64,000 bases of DNA, from positions 768,001 through 832,000 of the forward strand of contig CAWCYI010000004.1 in NCBI GenBank assembly GCA_963799845.1. The letters run 5' to 3'. A model generated the notes under the pieces. The model saw nothing but the letters and a program-made list of their open reading frames with translations, was not told the DNA's origin and ran no database searches. Positions 41,301 through 55,194 of the stretch are shown piece by piece. The translations under genes were made by a program, and so were the position numbers. Origin of the DNA: an uncultured Nitrososphaerota archaeon. Lineage in GTDB: Archaea; Thermoproteota; Nitrososphaeria; Nitrososphaerales; CADDZS01. The stretch's first letter is position 1, and each line of letters begins with the position of its first letter.

Positions 41301-44300
41301 ACGTGGGAGCAATGGAGATCATCAGGACAGAGCTGACTGTGACACTCGCAGAATTGGAAGTGGCCGTGCCGCCGTTCGAGTCTGTTACAGTCACGGAGAC
41401 CGAGTAGCTTCCTGCTGTTGTGGATGTGACTGTGCACGTTATACTGGAAGAGGTGCATCCAGACATCACCGTGAGTCCTGCATATGACCAGGCGTAGGAA
41501 TTGCCACCGGAGCCGCCGGTTGTGGTCAGAGTGAACGTCGCACTCGTTACCCCATCAGCGTCGATTGATGCAGTCGATGGTGAAATCGAAGCTGTGAGTG
41601 TTGAGCTGACCGTCACGGTAGCTGTATTGGAAGTAGCAGTACCACCGTCAGAGTCCGTCACAGTGACTGAGACTGAGTAGCTACCTGGAGTCGTCGAGGT
41701 AACCGTGCACGTTGTACTGGAAGAGGTGCATCCGGATGATACGGTGAGACCGGAGCCGAGAGTCCAGGCATAGACGTTTCCACTGGAACCACCTGTGGTG
41801 GTAAGTGTAAATGCGGCACCGGTTACACCATCAGCATCGATTGATGCAGTCGAGGGTGAAATCGATGCGGTGAGTACTGCATTAACAGTCACTGTTGCTG
41901 TGTTCGAAGTAATCGTACCACTGTTGGAGTCAGTTACAGTCACGGAGACGGAGTAGCTGCCTGCGGTTGTGGATGTGACCGTACAGGTCAGGTCGGTGGA
42001 GCCGCATCCGGATGATGCAGAGAGACCGGAGCCGAGCGTCCAGGAGTAGGAGTTTCCTCCGGAACCGCCTGAAGTGGTTAAAGTGAACGTCGCGCTCGTT
42101 ACACCGTCAGCATCGATTGAGGCAGAAGATGGACTAATTGAAGCAACGAGAGCTGCACTAACTGTCACAGTCGCAGTGTTGGAAGTAGCAGTACCACTGT
42201 TGGAGTCTGTTACAGTTACAGAAACTGAGTAGCTGCCTGCGGTTGTGGATGTGACCGTACAGGTCAGGTCGGTGGAGCCGCATCCGGATGATGCAGAGAG
42301 ACCGGAGCCGAGCGTCCAGGAGTAGGAGTTTCCTCCGGAACCGCCTGAAGTGGTCAGAGTGAACGTCGCGCTCGTAATGCCGTCAGCATCGATTGACACC
42401 GTCGAGGGTGAAATGGAAGCGGTGAGAGCTGCACTAACTGTCACAGTTGCGGTGTTGGATGTTACGCTACCAGCGTCAGAGTCTGTTACAGTCACGGAGA
42501 CCGAGTAGCTTCCTGCTGTTGTGGATGTGATTGTGCATGTTGTACTGGAAGATGTGCATCCTGATGACGTGGTTAGACCTGAGCCGAGTGTCCACGAGTA
42601 GACATCGCCACCAGAGCCACCTGTCGTGGTCAGAGTAAATGTGGCACTCGTTACACCGTCGGCATCGATCGATGTGGAAGATGGACTAATGGAAGCGGCG
42701 AGAGCTGCACTGACCGTCACTGTGGCTGTATTCGATGTAATCGTACCACTGTTGGAGTCTGTTACCGTTGCAGAGACGGAGTAGCTTCCTGCTGTCGTGG
42801 ATGTAACTGTGCACACCAAGTCGGTGGGGCCACATCCGGATGATACAGTGAGACCTGAGCCGAGAGACCACGAGTACTGGTTACTACCGGAGCCGCCCGA
42901 AGTGGTCAGAGTAAAAGTGGCACTTGTTACACCGTCGGCATCGATTGACGCACTTGATGGACTGATAGAAGCGGTTAAAGCTGCACTTACTGTCACTGTG
43001 GCTGTATTGGAAGTAGCAGTACCACCGTTGGAGTCCGTCACAGTCACTGAAACTGAATCGGTACCTACCGTTGTGGATGTGACAATGCATGTTGTACTGG
43101 AAGAAGTGCATCCAGAGCTGACAGTCAGGCCAGAGCTCAAAGACCAAGAGTAGGAGTTCCCTCCGGAGCCACCAGAAGTTGTGATAGTAAACGTTGCGCT
43201 TGTGACACCGTCGGCATCGATTGACGCCGTCGAGGGTGAAATGGAAGCGGTAAGAGCTGCACTTACTGTCACTGTGGCTGTATTGGAAGTGATAGTACCA
43301 CCGTTGGAGTCTGTTACCGTGACAGAAACCGAGTAGCTGCCGGGCGTCGTTGATGTGACCGTACAGGTCAGGTCGTTGGGGCCACATCCGGATGATACGG
43401 TGAGACCTGAGCCGAGAGACCAAGAGTAGGAGTTCCCTCCGGAGCCGCCCGAAGTGGTCAGAGTGAACGTCGCACTCGTAATGCCGTCAGCATCGATTGA
43501 TGCAGTCGATGGACTAACCGAGGCGGTGAGAGCTGAGTTGACGATCACAGTCGCAGTGTTGGATGTTATGCTACCACCGTTGGAGTCCGTGACAGTCACG
43601 GAGACGGAGTAGCTTCCTGCGGTCGTTGATGTAACTGTACAGGTCACGTCGGTGGGGCCACATCCGGATGATACGGTGAGACCTGAACCGAGAGACCAAG
43701 AGTACTGGTTACCACCGGAGCCACCGGAAGTGGTCAGAGTGAACGTCGCACTAGTTACTCCATCAGCGTCGATTGATGCAGAGGATGGACTGATAGAAGC
43801 AGTGAGTGCGGAGCTGACAGTCACTGTGGCTGTATTAGAAGTTACAGTACCACCATTAGAGTCTGTCACAGTGACTGAAACTGAGTAGCTTCCTGCTGTC
43901 GCGGATGTGATTGTGCATGTTGTACTGGAAGATGTACATCCGGAGCTGGCACTCAGGCCGGAGCTCAAAGACCAAGAGTAGGAGTTACCTCCGGAGCCGC
44001 CCGAAGTGGTCAGAGTGAACGTCGCACTCGTAATGCCGTCAGCATCGATTGATGCAGTCGATGGACTAACCGAGGCGGTGAGAGCTGAGCTGACGATCAC
44101 AGTCGCAGTGTTGGATGTTATGCTACCACCGTTGGAGTCCGTGACAGTCACGGAGACGGAGTAGCTTCCTGCGGTCGTTGATGTAACTGTACAGGTCATG
44201 TCGGTGGAGCCACATCCAGATGATGCAGAGAGACCGGAACCAAGAGACCAGGCGTACGAGTTCCCTCCGGAGCCACCAGAAGTTGTGAGCGTAAAAGTCG

Positions 44301-47300
44301 CGCTTGTGACACCGTCAGCATCAATCGAGGCAGAAGATGGACTGATCGATGCGGATAAAGCTGCACTGACTGTCACGGTAGCTGTATTCGAAGTAGCAGT
44401 ACCACCGTTGGAGTCCGTCACAGTCACTGAAACTGAATCGGTACCTACCGTTGTGGATGTGACAATGCATGTTGTACTGGAAGAAGTGCATCCAGAGCTG
44501 ACAGTCAGGCCAGAGCTCAAAGACCAAGAGTAGGAGTTCCCTCCGGAGCCACCAGAAGTTGTGATAGTAAACGTTGCGCTTGTGACACCGTCGGCATCGA
44601 TCGATGTGGAAGATGGACTAATGGAAGCGGCGAGAGCTGCACTGACCGTCACTGTGGCTGTATTCGATGTAATCGTACCACTGTTGGAGTCTGTTACCGT
44701 TGCAGAGACGGAGTAGCTTCCTGCTGTCGTGGATGTAACTGTGCACACCAAGTCGGTGGGGCCACATCCGGATGATACAGTGAGACCTGAGCCGAGAGAC
44801 CACGAGTACTGGTTACTACCGGAGCCGCCCGAAGTGGTCAGAGTAAAAGTGGCACTTGTTACACCGTCGGCATCGATTGACGCACTTGATGGACTGATAG
44901 AAGCGGTTAAAGCTGCACTTACTGTCACTGTGGCTGTATTGGAAGTAGCAGTACCACCGTTGGAGTCCGTCACCGTGACAGAAACCGAGTAGCTGCCAGG
45001 CGTCGTTGACGTGACCGTGCATGTTGTACTGGAAGAGGTACATCCCGATGATGCAGAGAGGCCTGAGTCGAGAGCCCAGGAGTACAGATTACCACCGGAA
45101 CCACCAGAAGTTGTCAGAGTGAAAGTCGCAGTGGTTACACCGTCAGCATCAATCGAGGCAGAAGATGGACTGATAGAAGCAGTGAGTGCGGAGCTGACTG
45201 TCACGGTAGCTGTATTCGAAGTGATAGTACCACTGTTGGAGTCTGTTACAGTCACGGAGACTGAATAGCTTCCCGTCGTTGTGGATATGACCGTGCAGCT
45301 CGTGTCAGAAGAGGTGCATCCAGACATCACTGTGAGTCCTACATATGACCAGGCGTAGGAGTTACCACCGGAGCCACCTGTCGTGGTTAAAGTAAACGTC
45401 GCACTCGTGACACCGTCAGCATCGATTGATGCAGTCGATGGGCTAATCGATGCAGTGAGTGCTGAGCTGACAGTCACTGTGGCTGTATTAGAAGTTACAG
45501 TACCACCGTTGGAATCCGTTACAGTCACGGAGACTGAGTAGCTGCCAGGCGTCGTTGACGTGACCGTGCAAGTCAGGTCAGAAGAGGTACATCCGGAGCT
45601 GACAGTCAGACCGGAGTTCAAAGACCACGAGTAAGAGTTACCACCGGAGCCACCTGTCGTGGTTAAAGTAAACGTCGCACTCGTGATACCGTCAGCATCG
45701 ATGGAGGCCGTCGAGGGTGAGATCGATGCAGTAAGAGCTGAGCTGACGATCACAGTCGCGGTGTTGGATGTTATGCTACCACCGTTGGAGTCGGTTACAA
45801 TGACAGAGACTGAATCGGTGCCCGTTGTTGTGGATGTGACGGTGCAGCTTGTGTCAGAAGAGGTGCATCCAGACATCACTGTGAGTCCTACATATGACCA
45901 GGCGTAGGAGTTACCACCGGAGCCACCTGTCGTGGTTAAAGTAAACGTCGCACTCGTGACACCGTCAGCATCGATTGATGCAGTCGATGGACTGATCGAT
46001 GCGGATAAAGCTGCACTGACTGTCACGGTAGCTGTATTCGAAGTGATAGTACCACCGTTGGAGTCTGTTATAGTGACAGAGACGGAGTAGCTTCCTGCGG
46101 TCGTGGATGTGATCGTGCATGTTGTACTGGAGGAGGTGCATCCTGATGATGGAGCTAATCCACCGTACGACCACGAGTACTGGTTACTACCGGAGCCGCC
46201 TGTTGTGGTCAGAGTAAAAGTGGCACTCGTTACACCGTCTGCATCGATAGAGGCCGTCGAGGGTGAAATGGAAGCGGTGAGAGCTGCACTGACTGTCACG
46301 GTAGCTGTATTGGAAGTGATAGTACCACCGTTGGAGTCTGTTACAGTCACGGAGACGGAGTAGCTCCCAGGCGTTGTTGACGTGACCGTACAGGTCAGGT
46401 CAGAAGACGTACAGCCGGATGATATGGTGAGACCGGAGCTGAGAGACCAGGCATAGGAGTTCCCTCCGGAGCCACCTGTCGTGGTTGAAGTGAACGTCGC
46501 ACTCGTAATGCCATCGGCATCGATTGATGTACTTGATGGGTTGATAGAAGCGGTTAAAGCTGCACTTACTGTCACCGTGGCTGTATTGGAAGTGACTGTA
46601 CCACCGTTGGAGTCCGTGACAGTCACGGAGACGGAGTAGCTTCCTGCTGTCGTGGATGTGATCGTGCATGTTGTACTGGAAGAAGTGCATCCAGACATCA
46701 TTGTGAGTCCTGTGTATGACCATGAGTAGGAGTTACCTCCGGATCCACCAAAAGTTGTAAGAGTGAGTGTCGTACTCGTGATGCCATCAGCATCGATCGC
46801 TGCAGACGAGGGAGAGATCGAGATCGTTAGGGCAGAGCTTACAGTGACAGACGCACTGTTGGAAGTGGCCGTTCCTCCATTCGAGTCGGTGACTGTGACA
46901 GAGACCGAGTAGCCGCCGGAAGTGGTGGAGATGACGGTGCAGGAGATCGAAGCAGAAGCGCAGCCGGAGGATACGGTCAATCCGGAGGGGACTGACCACG
47001 CGTAGGAGTTGCCGCCGGAGCCACCGGAAGTAGTGATCGTGAAGGTGGCGCTCGTTATGCCATCAGCGTCGATCGCTGCAGACGAGGGAGAGATCGAGAT
47101 CGTTAGGGCGGGAGAGACGGTGACCGTCGTGGATGAGGTAGCCGTATCGGAGAGAGAGTCAGTCACCTGGACACAGTAGATATCGGATGCCGGTCCTGTC
47201 AGTGCAGGAGTAGTGTAGGGGTTGGATGTCGAGACTGAGCCCCCGGAGGGTGGACACACACCAGAGTACCACGCGTAGGTGTAGCCGCCGGAGCCTCCTG

Positions 47301-50300
47301 ATGCTGCAGCAGTAAGAGTGGAAGTCTGGCCGTTGTCGATGGTCGCCGGAGAAGCCGAGGCCGTAACTGTTAGGGCAGCGTTAACGGTCAGATGCAGCGT
47401 GCCAGAGCTCGCTTGGTGTGTGGCGTCGCTTCCAGGCACATAAGTCGCTGTTATCGTGAAGCTGCCAGTGGAGCCCGATGGGGTGAAATTGAAAGTGCAG
47501 CTTCCAGAGGACAGGGGTGTGCAGTTGGCAGGGAAGCCGGTCGGTGCTCCGCTGAATGTGACAGAGCCAGTTGCGGCTGTACTGTAGGATCCGTCGTTGT
47601 TGGAAACTGTAACTGTGCAGGAATCTGATACACCGCTGACCGCCGGGTTATTCGTACAGCTCAGCGTAGTCGTCGTGGCGGTTGAGATTGTAAGGCTCGT
47701 CGTGCCGGAGCTTGTGGTAAGGCTTGTGCTGCCGGCGAAGGTCGCCTTCAGCGCACTGTAAACTCCCTCGCTTCCCGCCGTCGGAGTGTAGCTGAAACTG
47801 CAGCTTCCTGAGATAATGTTGCAACTCGACTGGAATGTGGAAGGAGCGCTGCTGAACGTAACTGTGCCAGATGGAGAGGACGGAGCTGCTGGGAATTGCG
47901 CAACCAAGTCCGTCATACATCGAGTACTGCCTCCCGTCTCAGCCATGCTGAACGACTCGCTGGAACTTGCAGTCGCTGGATTCAGATGGCCGGCATATCC
48001 AACATTTCCAGTCCCGTAGTCATTGGAAAAGCCGGATGGCGCTGTATTGATGTCGCGAGTGCTACCTCCGCTGCTCTCGCAAACTGCTCCAACTCCAACC
48101 AAGAAGCTGTTCGCTGAAACGGCCATAGAGCTGGTAGACAATGTCTCTGGATTGCTGCAAGCGGTCGTGCAGCTGCCGGGAACCGACGAAATTCCTGCCG
48201 TAGTTGCTCCGCTTAATTCGTACGCTTCCACAACCGAGGCGCTTGGGCTTGCGGAAAGGGTAACGGTAATTTTGTCGCTCCCTCCTGGAGATTTGACTGT
48301 TGCGTAGTAGACTGTGCTGTACGAACAGCTTGTACTAGCAGTGTTAGAGGCGGAAACAACGTTTGCCTGCGTGAAGGTGTCAGACAACTGATCTGTAATG
48401 CTAGAAACAGTTGCACAGGTTGAACTCGTACTCGTGGTACCAATTGCAATTACGATGATTTGTCCTGTCGTCAAAGTATAAGTTGGCGTGCAAGAACTTG
48501 CGGTACTGCTGCACGCAGTATTTGGGAATCCCGAAGAAATTGATACTGATGAGGGCGGTCCACCTGAAACACTAACTGTGCAGGATGTGCTTCCTGACCC
48601 TTCGATCAGCGACGCCGGGCTGCACGAAACATTGGTAGATGTCGAATATATGGTAAGACTGGCTGTTCCAGAACTGCCGCCGTTGTTAGAATCACCGGAG
48701 TATGTTCCGGTTACCGTGACCGCACCAGCGGTTGAACCGGTTGTGGTAACACTGCAACTTCCACTCGAAAGAGTGCATGTTGTTGGACTAAAAGTAACGC
48801 TTCCAACTCCAGATTGACTCCATGTGATAGTTCCGGTCGGGGAATGTCCGGTTACCGTAGCTGTGCATGTTGAGGCAGTACATGAAACCGCTGTAGTTGT
48901 AGAGCCCACAGTTATTGAAAGTGCTGATGCCGTCCCCGAGCTACCTATGTTATTTGTGTCACCAGAGTAAGCGGCCTGAGGAGTAACGCTCCCTGTGGTT
49001 ACTCCGGTCAGAGTCACCGAACAGCTGAGCTGGAGATCCGGATAAACTGCAAGTCGAGGATGAGAACGAGACAGATCCGGTCCCGGATTGGGTCCATGTC
49101 ACTGTTTCGCTAGTGACTGTTCCGTAATTTCCAGTCACCTTGGCGGTGCAGGTCGAGGTTGCTCCAACAGCAAACGAAGTTGGTGTGCATGTAACAGCTG
49201 TCGAGGTTATTGCCTGAGTTACCGTGATTGACTGCGTGCCAGAGCTTCCAGCGTTAGCGGAATCTCCAGCGTACGCGGCCATAATAGTGGGACTTCCCAC
49301 ACCGGTTCCGGTGACTGTAGATGAACACGAGCCCGATGAAAGAGCGCATGTAGTGGGGGAGAATGACGCGCTTCCCGTGCCGGCCGATTGCGACCAACTA
49401 ACGGAACCTGTTGGAGAGCTTCCCGCAACCGTAGCTGTGCAGCTTGTAGTGGTACCTGCTACAATTGAGCTGAGAAGTGCAGCTGATCGAAAAAGTGGTT
49501 GCCCCGATTGTGAGGGTGGTCGATCCTGTACTACCGAGGTTGCTCGAGTCGCCTCCGTACGTTGCAGTTAAGGTCGCTGAACCTGCCGTTGAGGCTGTAA
49601 TTGTGCCCGAGCAGCTTCCTGCCGCAAGAGTGCACGTATTGGATGAAAACGTAACAATGCTGGTAGGGCTCTGAGACCATGTTATTGTTCCGGTGGGGCT
49701 TGCTCCGGAAACAGTGGCAGTGCAGGTCGTACCGGTGCAGGACACCAAGACGCTGGTTGAAGCTTTCGTTATCGAAACTGTGGTGGAACCGCTGCCCGGG
49801 GCATTGTTGCCGTCACCAGGATAGGACGCCGAGATTGTCACGCTGGTTACAACAACGTTGCCAGTAATGGTTACCGAGCACATGCCTCCTGCGAGTACAC
49901 ATGTTGTGCCGGAGAAACTGACATCTGCCGAGGGACTAGCTGTCCAAGAGATCAAGCCTGTCGGGGAGTTTCCAGTGACAGTTACAGTACATGTACTTGA
50001 GGAACCATCCTGGAACGGGGTGGGGCTGCAGGAAACGGAAGTCACGGTGTTCGACCTGAATGTTGCCGTTATTGTACCTGATCCGGTAACCTCCATGGTA
50101 GTACTCGCTGCGGTCGTGCTGGAGAAGCTTATTGCGCCGGTGGTCGTTGTTGCGCTCCACGAGTAGAAAGTGTAGCCGGAATTCGCGGACGCAGCTATGG
50201 CGTCAGCTGAACAGATCGTAGAACAGTAGTTGAAGTAAGCGGGATTCGAAGCAGGAGTGGTGACCTGCCCGGAACTGGTCGGTGTTACAGCAAAAGAAAT

Positions 50301-53300
50301 CTGGAACTGATCTTGGAATGTGACCGCAGTTTCGCTGTTCCCTCCGGTTGTAGGTGTGAAAGTGTTTGTGTTTGTCGCCATCCACTGCTCAGTGGACGAT
50401 CCTGTTGCTGCAACGGGCGACGTCACGGTTACTGTTTGGTCGTAATCGGACCAACCCTCACAATTCTGGTTTGTTCCTCCGCTTCCTGTAGCGCTTATTG
50501 AACAGATATTAGTACCTGTGGCGCCTGCAACTGTTCCTGTCACTGGAACGCTGAAAGCAGAACCAGAGTTCGGCGTAGTCGGCGTTAGTCTAAAGGTATT
50601 TTCAAGCTCGTAATAGTAAGTTTGGGAGAACGCGTTGCATGGCGCCGTTCCGCAAGTTGTAACACTAGTCGTAGTCACTCCACCGCTGAACATGTAACGT
50701 GTATTCGCTCCAGTCTGTCGGAACCGTGATGGTAATTGTGCAGCTGGGGGTAGCGGTAACCGTCTGAGCAGCGCCATTGCCCGGGATTGACGTCGGAGTA
50801 ACCGAACAGCCTGAAAGTGTAAACGTAGCAGTACTGCCGGCTGCGACGGTTAGAGTGATCGATTGTGTGACCGAAGGATTAACAGTGTAAGTAGCAGAAG
50901 ATACTATCGAAGCGCCCCCGGAGTAAACAATGACGGAGTAAGTACCTGGCGCGGTTCCACTTGGTATCGTGACTGTTGTTGCTGAAGGAATCGCTCCGCC
51001 ACTGCTTGAAGTAAACGTTCCAGTTGAACCTGTAACGCAGGCAATCGAGGAGGAACTGGTGCTCAAGCAATCACCGTATGAAGTACTATCTGCATAGTTC
51101 GCGCCAGTCAGCGTCGTAGTTGAGCTCGAGAATCCTGAGGTAGGCGAAAGAGTCAGTGTAGCTGCCGAGTTAACCGTGAAGGCAGCAAAAGTCACAACCG
51201 TGCTTCCAGAGTACACCAATACAAAGTCTGATCCGGCAGCTGTTCCACTGGGTACGGTTATCGTCGTCCCTGAAGGAATCGAGGTGGTCGTAGTAGTGAA
51301 GCTCGATTCAGAAGCCACTATACAGCTCGATGTGGAGGTTGAGCTCGTGCTAAGACAGTCGCTGTATGTTGTCAAGGTTGCGTAGTTCGATCCAGCAAGA
51401 GTTGTGACCTGACCTGGCGGACCTGTTGTAGGTGTAAGCGTGAGGGAGATGACGCTGAAAGCCGCTGACGCCAGGATCGAACTAGTGCCTGAGTAGACGA
51501 TCACGAAATCATTTGCCGCGGCGGTGCCGCTTGGGACTGTGACTGTTGCACTTGAAGGTATTCCTCCAGAACTAGTGGAGGTGAACGTTCCTGTAGAGCC
51601 CGAGACACATGTAACAGAGCTCGAGCTGGTGCTCAAACAATCATTGTATGAAGTACTCACTGCGTAGTTTGTGGTGGAGCTGGAGAGCGAAATGACTTGT
51701 GTCGGAGGACCAGAGACAGGAGCTACAGTTAGAGTGGCCGCTGGATTGACGGTGAATGCTGCTTGGGAGACAATCGAGATCGATCCGGAGTATACGATAA
51801 CGAAATAACTGCCTGAAGAGGTTCCGCTCGGAACTGTCAATGTTGTACTGGAGGGTATAGCCCCGCCGGCACTGGAAGTGAAAGTTCCTGTCGTTCCAGT
51901 AACACATGTCACGGAAGTTGAACTCGTACTGAGACAATAACCATAAGACGTGCTATCCGAGTAGCCGGTACTGGAAGTACTGAGAGTCACGACCTGCCCG
52001 GGTGGACCAGTGGTGGGGGTTACAGTCAGTGTTGCTGTAGTAACTGTAAACGCGGCCCAAGATATGACCGTCGTTCCGGAGTAGACTAACATATAGTCTG
52101 ATCCTGCAGTTGTCCCACTTGGGACTGTCATAGTAGTTCCTGATGGAATCGAGGTGGTCGTAGTAGTGAAGCTCGATTCAGAAGCCACTATACAGCTAGA
52201 TGTGGAGGTTGAGCTCGTGCTAAGACAGTCGTTGTATGTTGTCAAGGTTGCGTAGTTCGATCCTGCGAGAGTGACTACCTGTCCAACTGGTCCGGACGTG
52301 GTAGTAAGCGTCAAAGAGATAACGCTGAAAGCCGCTGACGCCACGATCGAGCTGGAGCCTGAATACACAATAACGAAATCATTTCCAGCCGCTGTCCCGC
52401 TCGGTACTGTCACTGTTCCTGACGTTATAGTCCCCGAAGCGCTGGAGGTGAAGGTATTTGTTGATCCGCTGATGCAGCTCGCTGTTGAAGTTTGACTGGT
52501 ACTCAAGCAATCATTGTATGAAGTGCTAATCGCGTAGTTCGATCCCGAAGCTAAGGAGATGACCTGCGTCGGAGGTCCCGTTGTTGGGGTTATCGTAACG
52601 GTAGCTGTCGGGTTAACTGTGAAGGAAGCTGAAGAGACCACTGAGCTCGAACCAGAGTACACTATAACGAAATCGCTACCAGATGCTGTTCCACTTGGGA
52701 CCGTAACTGTTGTGGCGGAAGGAATCGTTCCAGTGCTACTCGATGTGAAAGATCCCGTTGAACCAGCGATGCATGCCACCGAGGACGAGCTGGTACTAAG
52801 ACAATCATTGTAAGATATTGAATGCGCGTAGTTTGAAGTAGTAGTACTCAAAGTAATTACTTGTCCGGGCGGGCCCGATGTGGGAGTTGCCGTCAGAGTT
52901 GCCGCGGCGTTGACAGTAAATGCCGCGGTAGAGGTAATCGTAGTGCTTAGGTAAACGATTACAAAGTCATTCGCGGCCGTAGTTCCACTCGGAACTGTGA
53001 CTAGCGTGTTGCTTGGAATAGTTGTACCAGCCCCCGTGGCGAAAGTAGATGTCGAACCAGAAACGCAGGAGATGCTGCTCGAGCTGGTGCTCAAACAATC
53101 ACTGTAAGTTGTTCCTGTTGCATAATTTGACCCGGTAAGCGTAATGACCTGCCCTGGTGGACCGGATGTAGGAGCGAGAGTAAGAGTGGGTGCGGGGACA
53201 GCTTCCACCGCGTCGACGATTTCCGTCCACTCGGCACCTGGACTAGTTCCGAAACTTACAGTTATTCCTGATTGAGTTGTGCTCACTATCTCGTCTTCTG

Positions 53301-54402
53301 CAGCTATTCCTTGGCCTGTTTGATCATGAGCACTCCCGACGAGGGTAAAGGGAGATGATGCAGTTTCCAAAGTGGTACTGGCGACTCCTACTAATCCGAC
53401 AATAATGTCATTGGTATTAGCTGTCGATACGCCAGTTACGGTGGGGGCTCCGCTAGATGAGTGGCCGGTCAGCAAACTGTTTGCAGTGAAGTCAGCATCG
53501 AATGGTGAAGCCGTATTCGCTCCTGTGATTCCGAAAGCGTAAATGTCGTAAGTAGAAGTACCTGCCATCGTTGCTGTAATCGTAAAGGTTGCCGCGGAGC
53601 TGGTAATGGCATAATACTCCTCAACACTTTCCGAATTATGTCCCGTCGCACCACAACTGGATGTACTACATCTCCCCGTATAGGTGAGATGAGTGCTTAA
53701 GCTATCGGTTATTGAAGAAACTAAATTGTTACTAGCAGATGAAATGAATACTATTATGACATCACCTGCCGCGCAGGTAATTGACGCGGTTGTGACTGTA
53801 GTACTGGTAGCGGAACTACCAAATCCTTGGCAGGCGGTATCCAGTCCGAGACCCGAATCAGTGAATGTAGTCTCTGCTGTGTTGGTTCCGTCAGTAGCGA
53901 CCACGAAATAAAGGTGGCCCATTACGATTAACTGATAAGTTGTTGTGAAGGCCCCCGTACTATTTGCGAACACAGACCAAGAATAAGTTGAGTTGTCAGG
54001 ATTCGTCAAAGTCAATGAGACATTGGCGTCAGGACTGAAGTCGCTGCCGTAGATAGTCACTAGGCTTCCAGGAGGGTAATCGGCTTTATTCGTCCAGATC
54101 TTCGCATTCGAATTAGAAAGATCAGGAAATTGAAGATTTGATGGAGCCAAAGCCGCAAGAATACCGGTCTTGATAGTGCTCGGACTCGTCGCGCTTTGCG
54201 TAGCCGCATTCGGAACAATTACAAACGAGGGGCTAGCTGTAGCTTGATTGGACACGGGGGTCGTCGATGTACCAGTGAACGCCCCAATTCCCGCGAAAGC
54301 AAGAAAAGTCACGATTGAGGAAGAAACCAGTAGGATCGCGACTATGAGCGATCGAGTCTTGTCGGACCTTGGCTTCTCGAAGGAGACGAACTCAAAGGCC
54401 AA
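38331..54402 (-). CDS. Giant Ser/Thr-rich multi-Ig/PKD-like surface adhesin, ~5,350 aa once four one-base frameshifts (~50713, ~49472, ~49027, ~39612) are removed
   Basis: ORFs 50665-54402, 49398-50777, 48959-49300, 39508-49017 and 38331-39632 join mid-domain; one N-terminal hydrophobic segment; tandem Cys-paired beta domains. Confidence 0.8.
41055..47110 (-). repeat. 22 tandem coding repeats of ~273-276 bp (91-92 aa PKD/Ig-like IDADG unit)
   Basis: 22 IDADG motifs counted; consensus ASISPS.ASIDADG.TSATFTLTT.GGSGGN.Y.W...C....C.VTST..GSYSVSVTVTDSNGG...SNTATVTV. Confidence 0.9.
50875..53195 (-). repeat. Eight tandem ~95-100 aa repeats (PTSGP.GQV.TL...NY...Y..CLSTSS...C...IP...VP.GT..G..FVIVY)
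   Basis: Counted in the 50665-54402 translation. Confidence 0.85.
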
Positions 54403-54581
54403 TTTTGATGTTCTCTCCGAATGATACGATCGTCCAGCACTTCGAAAAATAGGGCAAAAGGGATCCTAGATTCTTATCAGTATGGATCAATAATCTGGTC
54501 ACGAAATTAGTACGCCAAATCTATGAAACCTGTTCTTAAACTAGACATACAATAATCCGATATATCTTAGGGCAGCAACCG

Positions 54582-54605
54582 ATATCTATCGTAATCCGAT
54601 ATATT
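54582..54605. promoter_or_regulatory. Candidate operator ATATCTATCG-N5-CGATATATT upstream of the giant adhesin
   Basis: All 19 non-spacer bases identical to 62435-62458; dyad core TATCG-N5-CGATA; extra half-site at ~54553-54565. Confidence 0.7.
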
Positions 54606-55194
54606 CGCCGAAACAGAGACCAAGAGTCAGAATAGCATACTAAGGATGTAAGATTCTTCATCCTTTTCAAAGTGGAGCTGCAAGAGATTCCGATAGCTCG
54701 CACATATCGGTTTATCCAATATTGGAGAAAAATGAGCATCTTCTTACTGAGACGTTTTTTAGGGGATAACGATTTACTACCATAGTAGTAATACCTTATT
54801 GGAGCTATTACCATTTCTTCGTTTATTTCCTGAGTTTTCATTCCGGCCCTCTCAGAGGCCGTATTCATAATCGATGGCGATGCAATAATCTGGTTAAGAT
54901 AATCGTGGCTGGAAAGGGGGTGGTAGCATGTTTGATTGTGTTCGTACTGCGATCCTGACGTATGGTGCTTGATCCGCCCAAGACAATAAGATGCGTCTTT
55001 GCAAATTTGACGTCAGAAGGTTCGGTCCTCAGACAATGACACAAACTGAATGATATTTAGTCGGTATTCGGTCAAATTCTTACAACAATCGTTGTAATAA
55101 AGAATTAAGGCGTAAGTGCGAGTGAGTGCCCTAATTTCCATCGTATCGTTCTAGCTTAAGCTTTTTCCCGGGGCGGTCGAATCACGCGCGAAGA

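Noticed and set aside
41055-47110. Long regular repeats as a CRISPR array or DGR template/variable pair
   Set aside because: Units are in-frame ~276-bp coding repeats with no spacers; no cas or reverse transcriptase gene; differences are not adenine-specific.
38496-53911. Many plus-strand and alternate-frame ORFs inside the giant gene
   Set aside because: Shadows of Ser/Thr/Val-rich repetitive coding sequence; they repeat with the array period.
54536-54868. 110-aa ORF between the platform gene and the giant adhesin
   Set aside because: Atypical composition and it overlaps the candidate operator; more likely regulatory DNA.
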